DNA of 64,000 nt from Camelus ferus. Its lineage: Eukaryota. The stretch spans positions 107,448,001-107,512,000 of the forward strand of contig NC_045697.1 of assembly GCF_009834535.1 (NCBI RefSeq). The letters run 5' to 3'. The notes under the pieces are model-generated. The model worked only from the letters and a program-made list of their open reading frames with translations, did no database searches and was not told where the DNA came from. The position numbers and the translations under genes are program-made. Below are positions 12,861 to 26,084 of the stretch, in pieces (position 1 is the first letter of the stretch; every line of letters begins with the position of its first letter).

Positions 12861-13999
12861 AGTGAAATATTAAGAATTATCAAAATGACACAGATACAAA
12901 ATGCTTCACCTCCCATAATGAAGCAAATGTTTTCCCCATAAACAGTATTGTAGATTTGGGTCTCAAATAATAGGCTTTCTTTCTAAGGTGGAAGTTGGGT
13001 CTATAGAGTGGTCACTGAGGGTGGGGACCAGGAATTAAGTTACATAAGTGGTGATTTTCTTGATGCTCAACATCATTTGGTGAGATGATTTTGCTGGTCA
13101 AGCTCTAATCTGCTACATCTCTGAGTCGGGCTTGGTATGGTTCTCTTAGAAGGGCTCATTTGATAACACTTCCAAAAAGAATGTTTAAGTTTTAAAAAAT
13201 GGTTTGGCCTGTTTGATGATAGATTTAATCAAGTTACCTTCCCGTAGGCCAACCTGAAGGTGGTTAACATCCATCTAATAAATACTATAAAGGGCAATTC
13301 TAAGTTTCCCAAGTATCTTACATACTTAACATAGATATTAAGTATTCACAGATAGCCTTTCTCTAAATTCCTAGAAGAATTTTACCTTGATCTTTCATAA
13401 GAAAACTTTTTATCAGGGATACAACTTTTGAATCTTTGAAATGAATTACTGAAGACATTTATGTTAAAGCATGACTGAAGCAGGTAGCAAAACTAACTTG
13501 AAACTGGCTTTTGCGTCTAGAATGTGCATGAAGCAGCACCACTAGTGGACTTGAAGAGTGGTGATGTGAAAAGGAGAAAGGACTGCTGGGAAGAGTACCC
13601 TAGACTGGATGGGTGGGCCTGATGTAATCGTGCAAGTTCTTAAGTGTGGGAGTGTGAGAAGAGGAGGCTGGGGTAATGTAATGTGAGGAGGACTGCTAGC
13701 TTTGAGGACGAAAGGGCCACAGGCAGAGGGAAGTGACAGGTGTCTAAAAGCTGGAAAAGGTGAGAAAGTTCTCAGTGACAACACTGGCTGACAATATACG
13801 TACCATCATTATCCCACATTATATGCATGAGTCTCTACCACCACCACCAATATGATTAGTGAGAACAGTTAAAAAATTTTTTGGCATATGGCCAACTAAA
13901 TTATTATAGTACTGTGTTTGGATGGCTTGAGCACATGGCCAGAACTTAATACTCACCCTCTCAGCCCTTGCATAGTCTCACTGCTACAGGTGTGTGCGC

Positions 14000-14380
14000 T
14001 TAATGCTCACTTCCAGCCCTTAAGTTGATTGCTTTCCAGTTATTCTGGTTGAAGCTTGTTCTCTGGTTGATTCCTCAGGAAGTTATGGCAACGATATTTT
14101 CTGAATTCTTGTATGTTGAATACAGTTTGTCATTTTCTTTACACCTGAAAGTCACTTTTATTGGATCTAAAATCCTCAACTCACTCTTGAGTATCTTAAA
14201 CATAACGCCGTTTTCTGGCATAAAGCATTGCTAATGAAAGTCTGGTGATAATCTAATTTTCTTTCCCTCACAAGTCACTTTCTGGTTTTGGCTAGAAGCC
14301 CAAAGAATTTTTTCTGTTTCTTTAAACTCCAATAACTTTATAAAATGTGTCTTGGTAATAGTTTGATTGAATAGTCTCAG
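14000..14380 (-). mobile_element. Old L1 ORF1 fragment
   Basis: Minus-strand translation KLLEFKETEKILWASSQNQKVTCEGKKIRLSPDF resembles L1 ORF1p (KEKILKAAREKKQITYKGKPIRLTADF). Confidence 0.7.
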
Positions 14381-14399
14381 ATACACAGTACAGGCAGAC

Positions 14400-15170
14400 C
14401 TGTTAGTTGGCAAGTCAGAATCCTCAGTCTTAACAGGCCTTGACTGGTTTTGTTACACCTCTACCAACAGGGGTGTTTGGTCAACTCCAGTAAAATTCAG
14501 GGGCCTGCTCACCACGTGCAGCTTCTTGGGACTGTGTGGGTGGGTTCACAATGGCTAATCTCTAGCAATCAAGGAAAAACAGCCAACTCTTTGCTCTTTG
14601 ACCTGCCTCCAACGGAAAGGAAGCCTGACTCCCTGTTGGATGCTTTGGGTGCTGGAGACAGTATATCTCTCAGTAAAGAGACCTTCCTGGTCAAGTAAAA
14701 ATAGCGTTTTCTGAAATGCACCAGCTTCAGCAACTCTTGAAATACCATGTCTCCCACCCCATTACCTGAAGCATAGCTGCTGCCTCAAAGGGACCCTAGC
14801 TTTCTCATGCACACCAGACTGTGAGTCCTGCCAAAAGTTGGTCCATTTGCCCTGAGGTAGCTGGGGCCATCATCACACTGACTACTGACTGACTACATCG
14901 GTCCTTTGGTCACCTCTCAGGGCGGCTGATGGTGCCTCAGTACTGTGGACACATTTTTAGGTTATGATGTTGCTGTTCTAGGCCCATCAACTGACTTCAG
15001 CCACACAATTAAAGCCCTTGAAACTAATGTACCATATGTACATGTCTTAAGTTTTCCAGACCACTTGCAGTCTAGCAATGGGGCACTTTGTCACCAGGGC
15101 ACCTGGCAGTGAGTCAATAGTATTTGGTGGCTATTTCACAGCTGCATACCATCCACAGAAATCTAGCACT
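14400..15170 (+). mobile_element. ERVL-class internal pol remnant (RT and integrase motifs)
   Basis: VNSSKIQGPAHHVQLLGTVW...LPPTERK is RT-like. DYIGPL (14891), TVDTFLGY (14942) and AYHP (15144) are integrase-like. Confidence 0.7.
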
Positions 15171-15471
15171 GATGAGCACTAAAAATGTTTCTGACTGTCA
15201 CCCTCACCTCCTCCTGTTCTACAGACCTGACTAAGGTAGGTGGGTCACAGAATATGGCAGTCCCCAAAAAAGGATCATCTCATCTTGGCCGCCTCCTGGG
15301 TGGTAATCAGGACAAAAGGTTAGGTGAAAGCAGGGATAACGGAAGAAAAGGTGAAATCTATAAATTCTGTGGCAGCAGAGGGAAGACAAAAAGCCTGGCA
15401 CCTGGGAACTAAACAACTTAGATCCCAGGAGGGAGGGAAGTATTAATGACTGCACTCTTCCCCTACGTCAC

Positions 15472-15681
15472 CATATCTCAGCCTCAGGACTACTGATATT
15501 TTACGCTGGATAATTCATAGCTGTGAGGGACTGTCCTGTTCACTGTGGGATGTTTAGCAGAACCACTGGCCTCTACCCACCAGATGCCAGTAGCACCTTT
15601 CCCAAGTTGTGACAAGTAAAAATGTCTAGACATTGCCCAATGTCCCCTGTGGGGCAAAATTTCCCCCAGTTGAGAACCACC
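15472..15681 (-). mobile_element. MER20 hAT-Charlie DNA transposon
   Basis: Near full-length reverse match: ctggcctctacccaccagatgccagtagcacc...gacattgcccaatgtcccctg...ggcaaaat...gttgagaaccac. Confidence 0.85.
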
Positions 15682-15892
15682 ACCCTGATCCAAAACTGCT
15701 ACCTGAATCAACTGGCAGCTGCAGTTAAGAGTCTGACTCGCTACTGGCTTTGTCATCTCTGTCATGCGCTATGAAAACAAGGAAACTCACGCAGACATGG
15801 TCGGTCTGGTGCCATCAATAGCTCCCAAATGCAAATGTGTACAAATGTACAGACTCACAGAACAACACTATTCAATCTGGCTGAACACATGC

Positions 15893-17840
15893 TTTTTTAA
15901 GAAAATTGAAATATAGTTGACATGCTAGTTTCAGGTGTTTTACATAGTGATTTGACATTTGCATACATTATGAAGTGATCACCATGATAAGTCTAGTAAC
16001 CATCTGTCTCCAAAGTTATTATAATATTGTTGGCCATATTCCTTATGCTGTATATTACATCCTCATGGCTTATTTGCCTTATAACTGGAGGTATGTACCC
16101 TTTACCCTCTTCACCTATTCTGCACCCTCCCCATCCCCATCCCTCTGGCAACCACAGAGTCTGTTCTCTGTATCTATAAGTCTGTTTTTGTTGTTTGTTT
16201 TGTTTCTTAGATTCCACTTATAAGTGAGATCGTATATTTATCTCTGACTTATTTCCCTTAGCATAATACCCTCCAGATCTATGTTGCAAATGGCAAGATT
16301 TTACTTATGGCTGAGTAATATTCCATTGTTATGTATATACATCTTTAGCCATTCATCTATTGATGGACACTTAGGTTGCTTCCATATCTTAGTTACTGTA
16401 AGGATGCTGCAGTGAACACTGGTGTGCATATATCTTTTCAAATTAGTAAATACCCAGAAGTGAAACTGCTGGGTCATATGACAGGTCTATTTTCAAATTT
16501 TGAGGAAACTCCATACTGTTTCCAAAGTGCCCACACCAATTTACAATCCCACCAGCAATGTATGAAGGTTCTCTTCTCTCCACATCCCCAATACTTGTTA
16601 ATTGTTGTCTTTTTGATGATAGCCATTACGACAGATGTGAGGTGGTATCTTATCATGGTTTTGATATGTACTTCCCTGGTAATTAGCAATGTTAAACATC
16701 TTTTCATGTGTCTGTTGGCCATCTGTATGTCTTCTTTGTAAAAATGTCTATTCAGATCCTCTGTCCATTAAAAATATTTTTTTGATGGTGAATTGTATGA
16801 GTTATATGTGTATTTTGGATATTAACCCATTATCAAATATACTATTTGCAAATGTCTTCTCCTATTCAGTAGGCTGCCTTTTTGTTTTGCTGATGGTTTC
16901 CTTTGCTGTGCAAAAGTTTTCTTCTTCTTTTTTTTTTTTTTTAGTTTGATGTAGTCCCATTTATTTTTGCTTTTGTTTTTCCCTTGCCTGAGGAGACAGA
17001 TCCAAAAAAATACTGCTAAGATCAGTGTCAAAGAGTATACTGCCTATACTTTCTTCTAGGACTTTTATGGTTTCAGGTCTTACATTTAGATCTTTCACCC
17101 ATTTTGAATTTGTTTTTGTATATGGTGTGAGAAAGTAGTCCAGTTTGATTCTTTTGCCTGCAGCTGCCCATTTTCCCCATTACCATTCACTGAAGATACT
17201 GTATTTTCCTCATTGTATAGTCATGCCTACTTTGTCATAGATTAATTGAGCACATAAGTGTGGATATATTTCTGGGTTCTCTATTCTATTCCATTGATCT
17301 ATATGCCTGTTTTTTTGTGCCACTACCATACTTTTTTGATGACTGTAGCTTTCTAATATAGTTTGAAATCAGGGAGTGTGATACCTCCAGCTTTGTGTGT
17401 TCTTTCTTTAGATTGTTTTGATTATTCAGGGTCTTTTGTGTTTCCATACAAATTTTAGAATTATTTGTCCTAGCTCCGTGAAAAATGCCTTTGGTATTTT
17501 GATAAGAGATTGCAGTGAATCTGTAGATTGTCTTGGGTTGTACAGTCATTTTAATAATATGAATTCTTCCAATCCATGGGCATGGTATATGTTTAAACTT
17601 GTGTTGTCAATTTCTTTCATCAATGTCTTAGGATTTTCAGAGTATAAGTCTTCTACCTCTTTGGTTAGATTTATTCTTGGGTATTTTATTCTTTTTGATG
17701 CAACTGTAAATGGGATTGTTTCCTTAATTTCTCTTCCTGATAGTTATTATTATTAGTGTATAGAAATGCAACAGATTTCTGTATATTAATTTTGTATCCT
17801 GCAACTTTACTGAATTCATTTATTAGCTCTAACAACTTTT
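15893..17840 (-). mobile_element. 5'-truncated LINE-1 (ORF2 3' part and 3' UTR)
   Basis: Minus-strand ORFs [29 protein letters not shown]...[10 protein letters not shown] match the L1 ORF2 C-terminus; T-rich tail near 15893. Confidence 0.92.
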
Positions 17841-19384
17841 TTATTAGACTCCAAAATGGTAATAAAATACAATGTTTTGTGCTATATGTGTATGAATACC
17901 TAGGTTTAAGATTGCTTTGCTGTTGCCAAGAGCACAGCCCTAGATAAACCTTTTCAAGATCTGATGTTTCAAGCTTTCAAATATTTCATATTAAACGGAA
18001 AAAGGAATCCCCATCAATGGAGCAGTCCATGTTTGAGTTTCTAGGAAACATCAATATAAACAGCCTACATAAAACTGAGAAGGTTGGCATGTATCGTCTT
18101 TTCTTGAAATAAATAAATTCAGGACTTTATCCTCTGCAACTCGTTCTAACCGTAAGTATTATATCTAAGAAATTACAATTTTTACAGGCCAATAAAGCAA
18201 ATCAATTCTACTTAACTGCTGAAGAGAAATGTATCACTTTAGCACAACAAAGAGAAGTACTGAACTGGGAATCAGCAGAGCTGGGTTTTTTGCTTTAGGC
18301 TCTGCCATACCTGCATGACCTCAGGCAAACCATTCAACCTCTGCAGGTTGATCTTTGATCCATAGACTTTCTGTCGTTTAACAGGATGAGACTGCAGTTA
18401 GGTGAAAGGCCCCTAGATGGTGGTGTTGTTCTGAGTTAGGCTTTGTATTTTTTCCCCTCTATAATTACAGTGAAGTAAAAAGGAGTAGGTTAGAAAATTA
18501 TTTCCTATTAAGTTCTGAAAAAAATCACTGTTAAGGATTCATTTAATGGCATTCAAAAATGACACCAAATTATGAATCATATGGCCCATGTACTTTTGAC
18601 ATTAATTAAAAGGACTAAACTATTAATGATTATAACAAATATCCCCTGATAATTAGCCTGTATCATCACTATTTCTCTAGGTATATTTATCTAAGCTTAA
18701 GAAGCTGAATAAAAACTAAACAATTATTGTTAAGAGTACTGATATATAACAAATCATATAGAAAAATGTATTTCATTTTTTCAAAAGCCAGTTCTAACAA
18801 CAAATTTTGATAAATATACGGTTTTTTTTTTTCATTATGTTTCAGACTGCATTCAAAATCTGTGACTTCCATGAGCTCAATGACAGATGTATTACATTAC
18901 CCCTCCAGCCATATAAGCTAGGTCATCTTTTAAAGAAATCTGCGGTCTTTCAGTGTTCAAAAGGGTAAGAATAATACATTAAATGACTTCTCTAGTTTTA
19001 ACTCCATCAAAGAAAAAGGATTCAGAGAGTCTAGTCTGAGGAGGTTTGGATGAACAATACCAGATTTTCAACTAAAATTCCTGAAAGGAAAAAGAATACA
19101 TTTCTATTTCTTCACTATGAAACTCACTGAGTATAAAAATCATGTTCAGTCAATATACAGAAAAAGAAAGTACCCATGAAAACTTATGCTTTGCTACAGT
19201 TTTGACTTCTTGTCGGTTGACTAGGTAATACATGGCAAGCAAAAAAAAAAAAAAAAATGCAGCACGATGGAGTGAAATACATAAAACTGCAAGTATTGTT
19301 TCAATAAAGATTTTTGTCAAATTAAAGAGGAGAGATATTGGATCACCTTGGATCCAAGATAGGATCGCTATTATGTGAAAGTTA

Positions 19385-19425
19385 TCCATCCATCCATCCA
19401 TCCAACCATCCAACCAAACAACCAA
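19385..19425. repeat. (TCCA)n-type microsatellite
   Basis: tccatccatccatccatccaaccatccaaccaaacaaccaa. Confidence 0.8.
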
Positions 19426-19529
19426 ACGACCTTTACTGAGCCTATATGGTGCAAAGGGCTGGAGACATAAAGGCAAGATACCATCTCCAGTTTCAAAAAC
19501 CTCAGTCTAATACATTTGAGAAAAGGACT

Positions 19530-21261
19530 TTGAAAAGTTCAGTTCAGTTTATTATCGTGTCAAGTAGATTTACAACTATTGCACTTATCATTCTGCTGAC
19601 AGAGGCCAAAGTTTAAGAGGAATATTTTTCTCCAATAAAGCTACGTTTTCATTATCTGTGATAAAAGATGTTAAAATTATACAGGCAAAGAAATACGTCT
19701 CACATCCTATTCCAGACACTATGCCCCACTTCCTACCTTCCTGCTGCTATACAAGCTTGCTGCAAATAGGAATTTAGTTGGGAATAATGCTTTAAGCCTT
19801 CCATTTCTCATGAAATTTACTCTTGAGTGAAATTTGACAAGAGTTTTCTTTATACTGTCTTCCTTACCCAAAACATGGAGGGAAAACGGCTCCCATACTC
19901 CAAAATCAGTTGTAACCATATACACATAAATGGTTTCACGACTTGCTGCCTAAGTTTTTGGACAATGGAAACAACAACAAAAGCTAAAAAGTGGCCCAGC
20001 ATATGAAACTCTTCTCAAAAATAGAAGAAAGTCATGAACATTGTTGGGAGAATGTTTTATATTTCCAATGAAATTCTATTCCATTGATCTGTTTGGAAGA
20101 TTGTCTTCGATCTATTTGGCTTGAGCCTATAAACTATAATTGATTCAGTCTCACAAAGAACCACTTTTATCTTAAGCCTGGAATGCATAACAATGGACTG
20201 CAGGAAAGTGGTTTTTTATTTACTCCAGTAACTGTGCAGGGATGGGGAAAAAAATATCCCCAAAAGTTATCAGCCTTCAGATTCTCAAACTATTTTTTGC
20301 TCTGATTATATTGAGAAGAATGAGCTGTGGGGGTTTGGCATTGTTTTCCATCTTAAGAGTTGCTCTGTATTCTGAGATATATGTGATTTATAATGTACCA
20401 CTATAACAAGACACAGCTTTTATATATTACTGGGGTAACTCAAAGAAAATGAATTTTTCTTTGGGTACCAGTAATTGTCAAAAGAATGATTGCAGATTCA
20501 GAAAATGTGCTTCATAACAACCCTGTTAACATAAAGTATACACAGAGGAAAGAAATAAGTACTGCAGGTATGTGGAAGGGTTAGTTGTATTAGCAAGGCA
20601 TTTCAGGATGGTTTTGGTTCTTCTGACTAAGACACATCAAATTTTAACCTCTTTCAAATCTGGGACAAAGGGGAAACACTTGGTAACAGGGAGCATCTGG
20701 TGACCATGAGCTGACTCACCACGTGCTCACAAAGGCTCCCACTAGTCAATGAACTACCCGTCCTGAAGCAAGGCTTTGCCCCGGCAATAAGGATAATGTG
20801 CTCAAGCTGTTAGAATTAATTTGAATATCAAAAATGAAATTTAGATTACCAACCCTGGCCTGATAGTTACAGCACGTAGAATAATAAACATCCTCTTTTC
20901 AAACTAAAGTAATAAATGAAGAAGCAAGGTTAATTTACTTGTGTAACTTTTGCTTGTAGTGTCCCCAGGCTGCCCCGTCACCAGACGCTCCCCCAGGGGA
21001 AGGATCTGCCTGCCTTACTAGTCCTGCTGGATGTTCTCGTTGGCAGAATACTTGCTCATGGGTTTCCATGTGCACGTTTCTACCGTGAATGAAAGCTAAC
21101 TAAAAAAATCTAGATGTTTTCTGCTCTCAGAAAATTCTAGTATACCATGTACAGCATAGATATTTCTTTCAGTTTAAAAAAATAGTGCAAAAACATATCT
21201 GATAGTCAAAGTGATAGTTCAAGTGAGTTCTTGTGCCCAAGAACACAGTCACGCTTCACCT
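19530..21261 (-). other. SH3D19: SH3D19 3' UTR (approximate)
   Basis: Between the stop codon (21262-21264) and the AATAAA at 19548-19553. Confidence 0.6.
19548..19553 (-). terminator. SH3D19: Likely SH3D19 distal polyadenylation signal
   Basis: TTTATT on + (AATAAA on -) about 1.7 kb past the stop, at the end of a UTR-like block with no obvious repeats. A second AATAAA lies at 20215-20220. Confidence 0.6.
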
Positions 21262-21378
21262 TTAGCTGACTTGTAAAAACTGAATGTAGGTTTTGGGAAA
21301 TATTCCAGATTTTCCCATCAGTTCTCCACTCATCCAATCATCATCTACAGATTCCAGATCTGTTATTATGTCTCCAGC
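21262..21378 (-). CDS. SH3D19: SH3D19 last coding exon (end of SH3 domain 5)
   Basis: acag|AGDIITDLESVDDDWMSGELMGKSGIFPKTYIQFLQVS* ; 117 nt. Confidence 0.95.
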   Translation of the reverse strand, partial: AGDIITDLESVDDDWMSGELMGKSGIFPKTYIQFLQVS

Positions 21379-22019
21379 CTGTAAGAAGACAAGATTTGGA
21401 AATAATTATTAGTTTTTGTTGAGGATCAGCAGGGTAAGCAGCCCACCTGGAGATGTATGTAGCTCTCCTCTTTATAAACTCATTTATCTTGATTTGCTGA
21501 GAGGATTAAACAATGTACCACAAAGATGATCTATACCCAACGATGCCATTTGCTTGTACACCTCTCCTCCTCAAAGCCCATTCCTTTGCTGTCATCACCC
21601 TTGCAGCACTTTTATTTTCCTGGATGTATTTTGTGTCCCCCAATTCACCAGTCATCACTAATCTAAAATTCTTTCATAAATAGAAATACCAGTTATCACA
21701 TATGTGTATAAATGTTTTTCCCATCTAAATTGTTTATTGAGCACCCACTATGTGTCAGACACCATACCAGGCACTATGGACTCAGCAATGAATTAAGACC
21801 TTATTCCAGAGTTGGGAGACCAATCACTAAGCTGGCAGAGGAGGACACAAAATACAGGTGGCCATCTCACTGGGACAGTCAGGGGAGAGCCCACTGAAGG
21901 TGACATTTAAGCAAAGACTTAGGCATGAGCACTCATGAGCCATGTGCTTACTTCCTGCCTCGTCCTTTCCCACGTACTTTGTGGGAATTAACTCACTGAA
22001 AACAATGCTGCAGACCTGG

Positions 22020-22195
22020 AAGTAGGTACTATCATCATCCCTGTTAGAGATTTTTACAGATCACCTAATTTTGAAGGAAAGGAAACTGAAGCTCAGAGAG
22101 ATCAAGTGACTTGCCCAGTGTCGCATGTCTAGTTAGCGGTAGGGGCAGGATTCAAATCTGGTGGGATTCCAGGGTGTGTACTGTTAGCCACTGGG
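22020..22195 (-). mobile_element. MIR SINE
   Basis: ggaaactgaagctcagagagatcaagtgacttgcccagtgtcgca...ggcaggattcaaatc. Confidence 0.75.
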
Positions 22196-24365
22196 CGATG
22201 TGGTCACCACGTTTCACAGTGGACCTTTCTACTTAGAAAGGTTTTTACTATAATTACCTTTTCTCGGCAGCCTCGGCATTTTGTGCTCTGTGTTTATTCT
22301 TCCACATAATGGTATTCTCCTCTACTATTTGGTTTATTTCACTCCTCCATGGCCTTATTATCAAATTTGTATTCTTCTGTGTCTTAAAAAGCCTCAGCCT
22401 GACTCAGAACACTGATTTATCCCCATCAGGTTAGTCCAAGGGGCTGTGTCTTATTCACGTGTGAATTATAACTCAACAGATGCAGACAATTTTTGAAATT
22501 ATTTCCTGAAACTATTTTGTTCTTTATGGTTTCTAACCATTTCTTAGAATCTGGGTTTAAGATTCTATAATAGTCCAAGATGACCCTGGATACTTTTAAG
22601 AATATCTTTATCAGGCTAAATGGATTTATTTGTAGCCCTCGTACACTGCCATTTGGAAAAATGGTTTGATTTAAGGCCTTTCTTAATGGAAAATGGAAAG
22701 GGAATACGCTGACTATCAAATGTCATTAATTTACTTTACTCTGCTAAAATCTGTAAAAATTTTGGCATGCAAAGTTTCTGTCATAAATAAGTTCTTTCCA
22801 ATTCCTAAATTGTAACATAAGCGTTGACTAAGATGATTTTCCTTAGGTCTGGACCACACGTACAGACCATGTCAGTCTTCTGAGGGATAGGACAATCTAA
22901 AAAATGTTTTATCAGCTAATACTCTGCATATATTTAGTAAAATATTAATGTTCACCAACATTGAAAGCACTACAGAATCCTTTAACCAAAAAATTCTAGA
23001 ACTATCTTGCTTGCAGTTAGTCATTTGTAAAATGAGGACAACCTATTTTCTGTAAGATACTGTGAACTCTGTTATTTTTATTGACGTAACCTGAATGAAG
23101 GCCAAAATAATATCCAAAAAGTCTGAATCCACAGTGTTCACTTATGGTAACATTTCATGTAAAGATAAAAGGAATGAATTTTGACTGACTCTTATGATTA
23201 AAAAGGACTAGGGCAACAGTTTCCAAACATTTGGATTTTTATGGACCAAGAAATTAAAAAAAAAGAAAGAAAGAAACTGATACAGGGTTACCAATTATAA
23301 TTTTGTACAAGAAATACCTACCATTTTCTAACAATATTTTATAATAGGAATGATATTTTAATATGAAAAAGATAGAAGAAATTCTAAGAAAGGAAAACTC
23401 ATCACAAGACAGAAGTTAGCAAACCTTATACCGACATATGCTGGCATGCTTCCCCTTGTCCATAGCTCCTCTAAGGCCTGCACATACCCAGTGCCACTGT
23501 TTTCCTCATTTTGTTGTAGACAGGTGAAAACCCTGTCTGGGTACCCACTGTCTTAAGTCTCATCTTGTCCAGTTACTCCTCGATAGGTTAATTCCTTCTA
23601 TGGTGTCCCTGCCTCTCAGTACCTCCAGTGATGGAGAACTGCCTGCTGTCTGACACAGGCTCTTCGGACAGGAGTGACTTACCGAACCCTCCCTTCTTCC
23701 CTTCCTCTGGCACAGTCCCAAACAACTACCCTGAATGCTTTCCCCTGACCACGGTCTAACTGCAGACTATGGAAACAGAATCATGGAACTATTCTATTTT
23801 TACTTTAAAAAAAAAAGGCACTTCCTCCACGACGTAAGATGAAATTTTAGGCTTCTAAAAAACCTTTGCAAAGTACTTTAACCTTTTGAGATCATTTCCC
23901 TGAAGTCTAGTCGGTGTCTTTGTGGACAGGACTTCAGTGTCTTATGAGGGGCACTGCTGCAGAGGCCAGTTGAATGTAGTGGGTGCCACCTGATTTCTCC
24001 AGTGACTTCAGACATGACAGTGGCAGGCTGAAAAGGCCATGAAGAGAATCATCCTTTACTAGGGTGACCACTGAAAACTCCAGCATTAGTGGGATAGCAT
24101 GTTACAAGGCCGAGGAATAAGGACCCATTAGGCCACTGTGGGGCTATCAATATCAATAAGGTTTTCTTTGAGTACCTAAATGCCTTGCTGATAATTTACA
24201 TTTATCCTATTCACTTTCGCTAATCTCATCCTTTAGAATGAGAGTCTGAGATCTGTTCATTCTTGGCTAATGATCAATACTCCACCCAAACGTTCACCCT
24301 TTAGTGGAAGACATTCCAAAACGTAGAGCTGCTTAATGCAGTTACAACAAGATACACACTCTGAC

Positions 24366-24463
24366 CTTGAAGGAGAGCTCGTCTTCATTCTCCCCATGGA
24401 AATCATACAAGGCCTTGGCTTTCCTCCCCTTCGGTGCTAAAGCAGCCGTACTTTTTGCATCAG
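24366..24463 (-). CDS. SH3D19: SH3D19 exon (start of SH3 domain 5)
   Basis: ADAKSTAALAPKGRKAKALYDFHGENEDELSFK; AG/GT flanks; 98 nt. Confidence 0.95.
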
Positions 24464-24882
24464 CTGTGAAGACACCAAAAATTCAAATATATAGAAAGAC
24501 ATTGGACCTAAACACAAATCAGACATTTTAAGAAACCCCTTTGTTATTCCCAGGACATAATATTTTCAGTCAACTTTGGATTGATTTAACTGGCCAAAAA
24601 AAAAAAAAAAAAAAGACGGATGTTCTCTTAGCAGGAAAAAAATTATACAAAATATATTTACAAGACAAAATTAGTCATTATCAAGTGAAGGCATTTTTTA
24701 ATCTCTTTTTCCCCATAACTTCAACAAAGTATATGAAGAAAGTCTGCATAACTTTATAAATCAACTTTCAAATGTAGGCAAACAACATAAATTGAGCCTG
24801 GCCCGAGGGAAAAGAAATCTACATCATTTCAAAGTCTCGGGCTCCCCTTAGAGCGCAGGAGCCCTCCCTGCAGCCGTCATAC

Positions 24883-25069
24883 CTGGGCAGGGCCGCACGA
24901 AGACGGCAGGGAAGATGCCCTCCCTGTCACGCAGCCTTCCCTTGTACCAGTCAGGGTCCACGCGCTCCAGGATCAGAATCCGGTCTCCCCTCCTGAAGGA
25001 TAAGTCATCACTGGTCTCTGCCGTAAAACTGTGAAGAGCTTCGCACCATTCTCCAGAGAGACTGTTCTC
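24883..25069 (-). CDS. SH3D19: SH3D19 exon (SH3 domain 4)
   Basis: ENSLSGEWCEALHSFTAETSDDLSFRRGDRILILERVDPDWYKGRLRDREGIFPAVFVRPCP; 187 nt. Confidence 0.95.
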
Positions 25070-25099
25070 CTGTTACAAATCAGAAGTGTGTTAAGAAAT

Positions 25100-25412
25100 C
25101 TTATGGTTACTGGGGGAAAAGGGGTGGTAAGGGATAAATCTGGGAGTTTGAAACTTGCAAATACTAACTACTATAGATAAAAATAGATAAAAAAACAAAT
25201 TTATTCTGTATAGCATAGGGAACTATGTTCAATGTCTTGTAATCTTTAATGAAAAAGGATATGAAAACGAATATATGTATGTATATGCATGAGTGGGACA
25301 TTGTGCTGTACAGCAGAGACTGACACAACATTATAACTGACTATACTGCAATTTAAAAAAATAATAAAAATAAAGTATGACTGAAGATCATTCAAACAGT
25401 AAAAGAAAAAAA
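25100..25412 (+). mobile_element. L1 3'-UTR fragment with 18-bp TSD
   Basis: L1 3' end text (tatagcatagggaactatgttcaat...gctgtacagcaga...acaacattataactgactatact) with an A-rich tail. Direct repeat agaagtgtgttaagaaat at 25082-25099 and 25413-25430. Confidence 0.9.
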
Positions 25413-26084
25413 AGAAGTGTGTTAAGAAATTTAAAATTTTATTTGAAATTAATTTCTACAAAGCTTAAAAAGTGATGGGAAAAAGCTAAGAGGTTATAAG
25501 ATTTCAAAGCCTGAAGTCCTCTTTAAATCACTCAATCCTTCATGTCACTATCAAGTTCCAGAAATAAAAGTTTCCAATAACTTTTTTCTTAAGATATAAT
25601 TCTAAATGACAGATGTGATTAAATTTGTGACTTTTCTGCTTAATTTAAGGAATACACAGTGCTTAAGTAAAGATTTTTCCTAATTATGATCTATGACATT
25701 AGTTACATTAAAAAATTAGGTAAATGCTTACAATATTTATGTATACTGTTTATGACGCTACGAAAAAATTCTGGCAAAGTATGTAATTTTCAGTGAAGCT
25801 CTTCTTTACCTAAACTAGGCAGAATCAGAATGGGCAGTCTGTTAATTCCCAGACTCAGAGGCTATCAGATTCCATAGCATAGGACTTCGTAAAGTCACAC
25901 TTAATCTGTTGGGGCACAGTTAACTCTGAGGGGTAGCCACCCCCATACGGTGGGCCAGTATGATGGAATGCTCCAACAAGAATGCCCTTACTGCAAACAC
26001 ATCAGAAGAAGGTTCTGTCCTGTGAAGAAGTGTCTCTGTCAAGTTGGATGAGAGCCCTACATTCAAGAAGCTCAAGCAGGGAGA

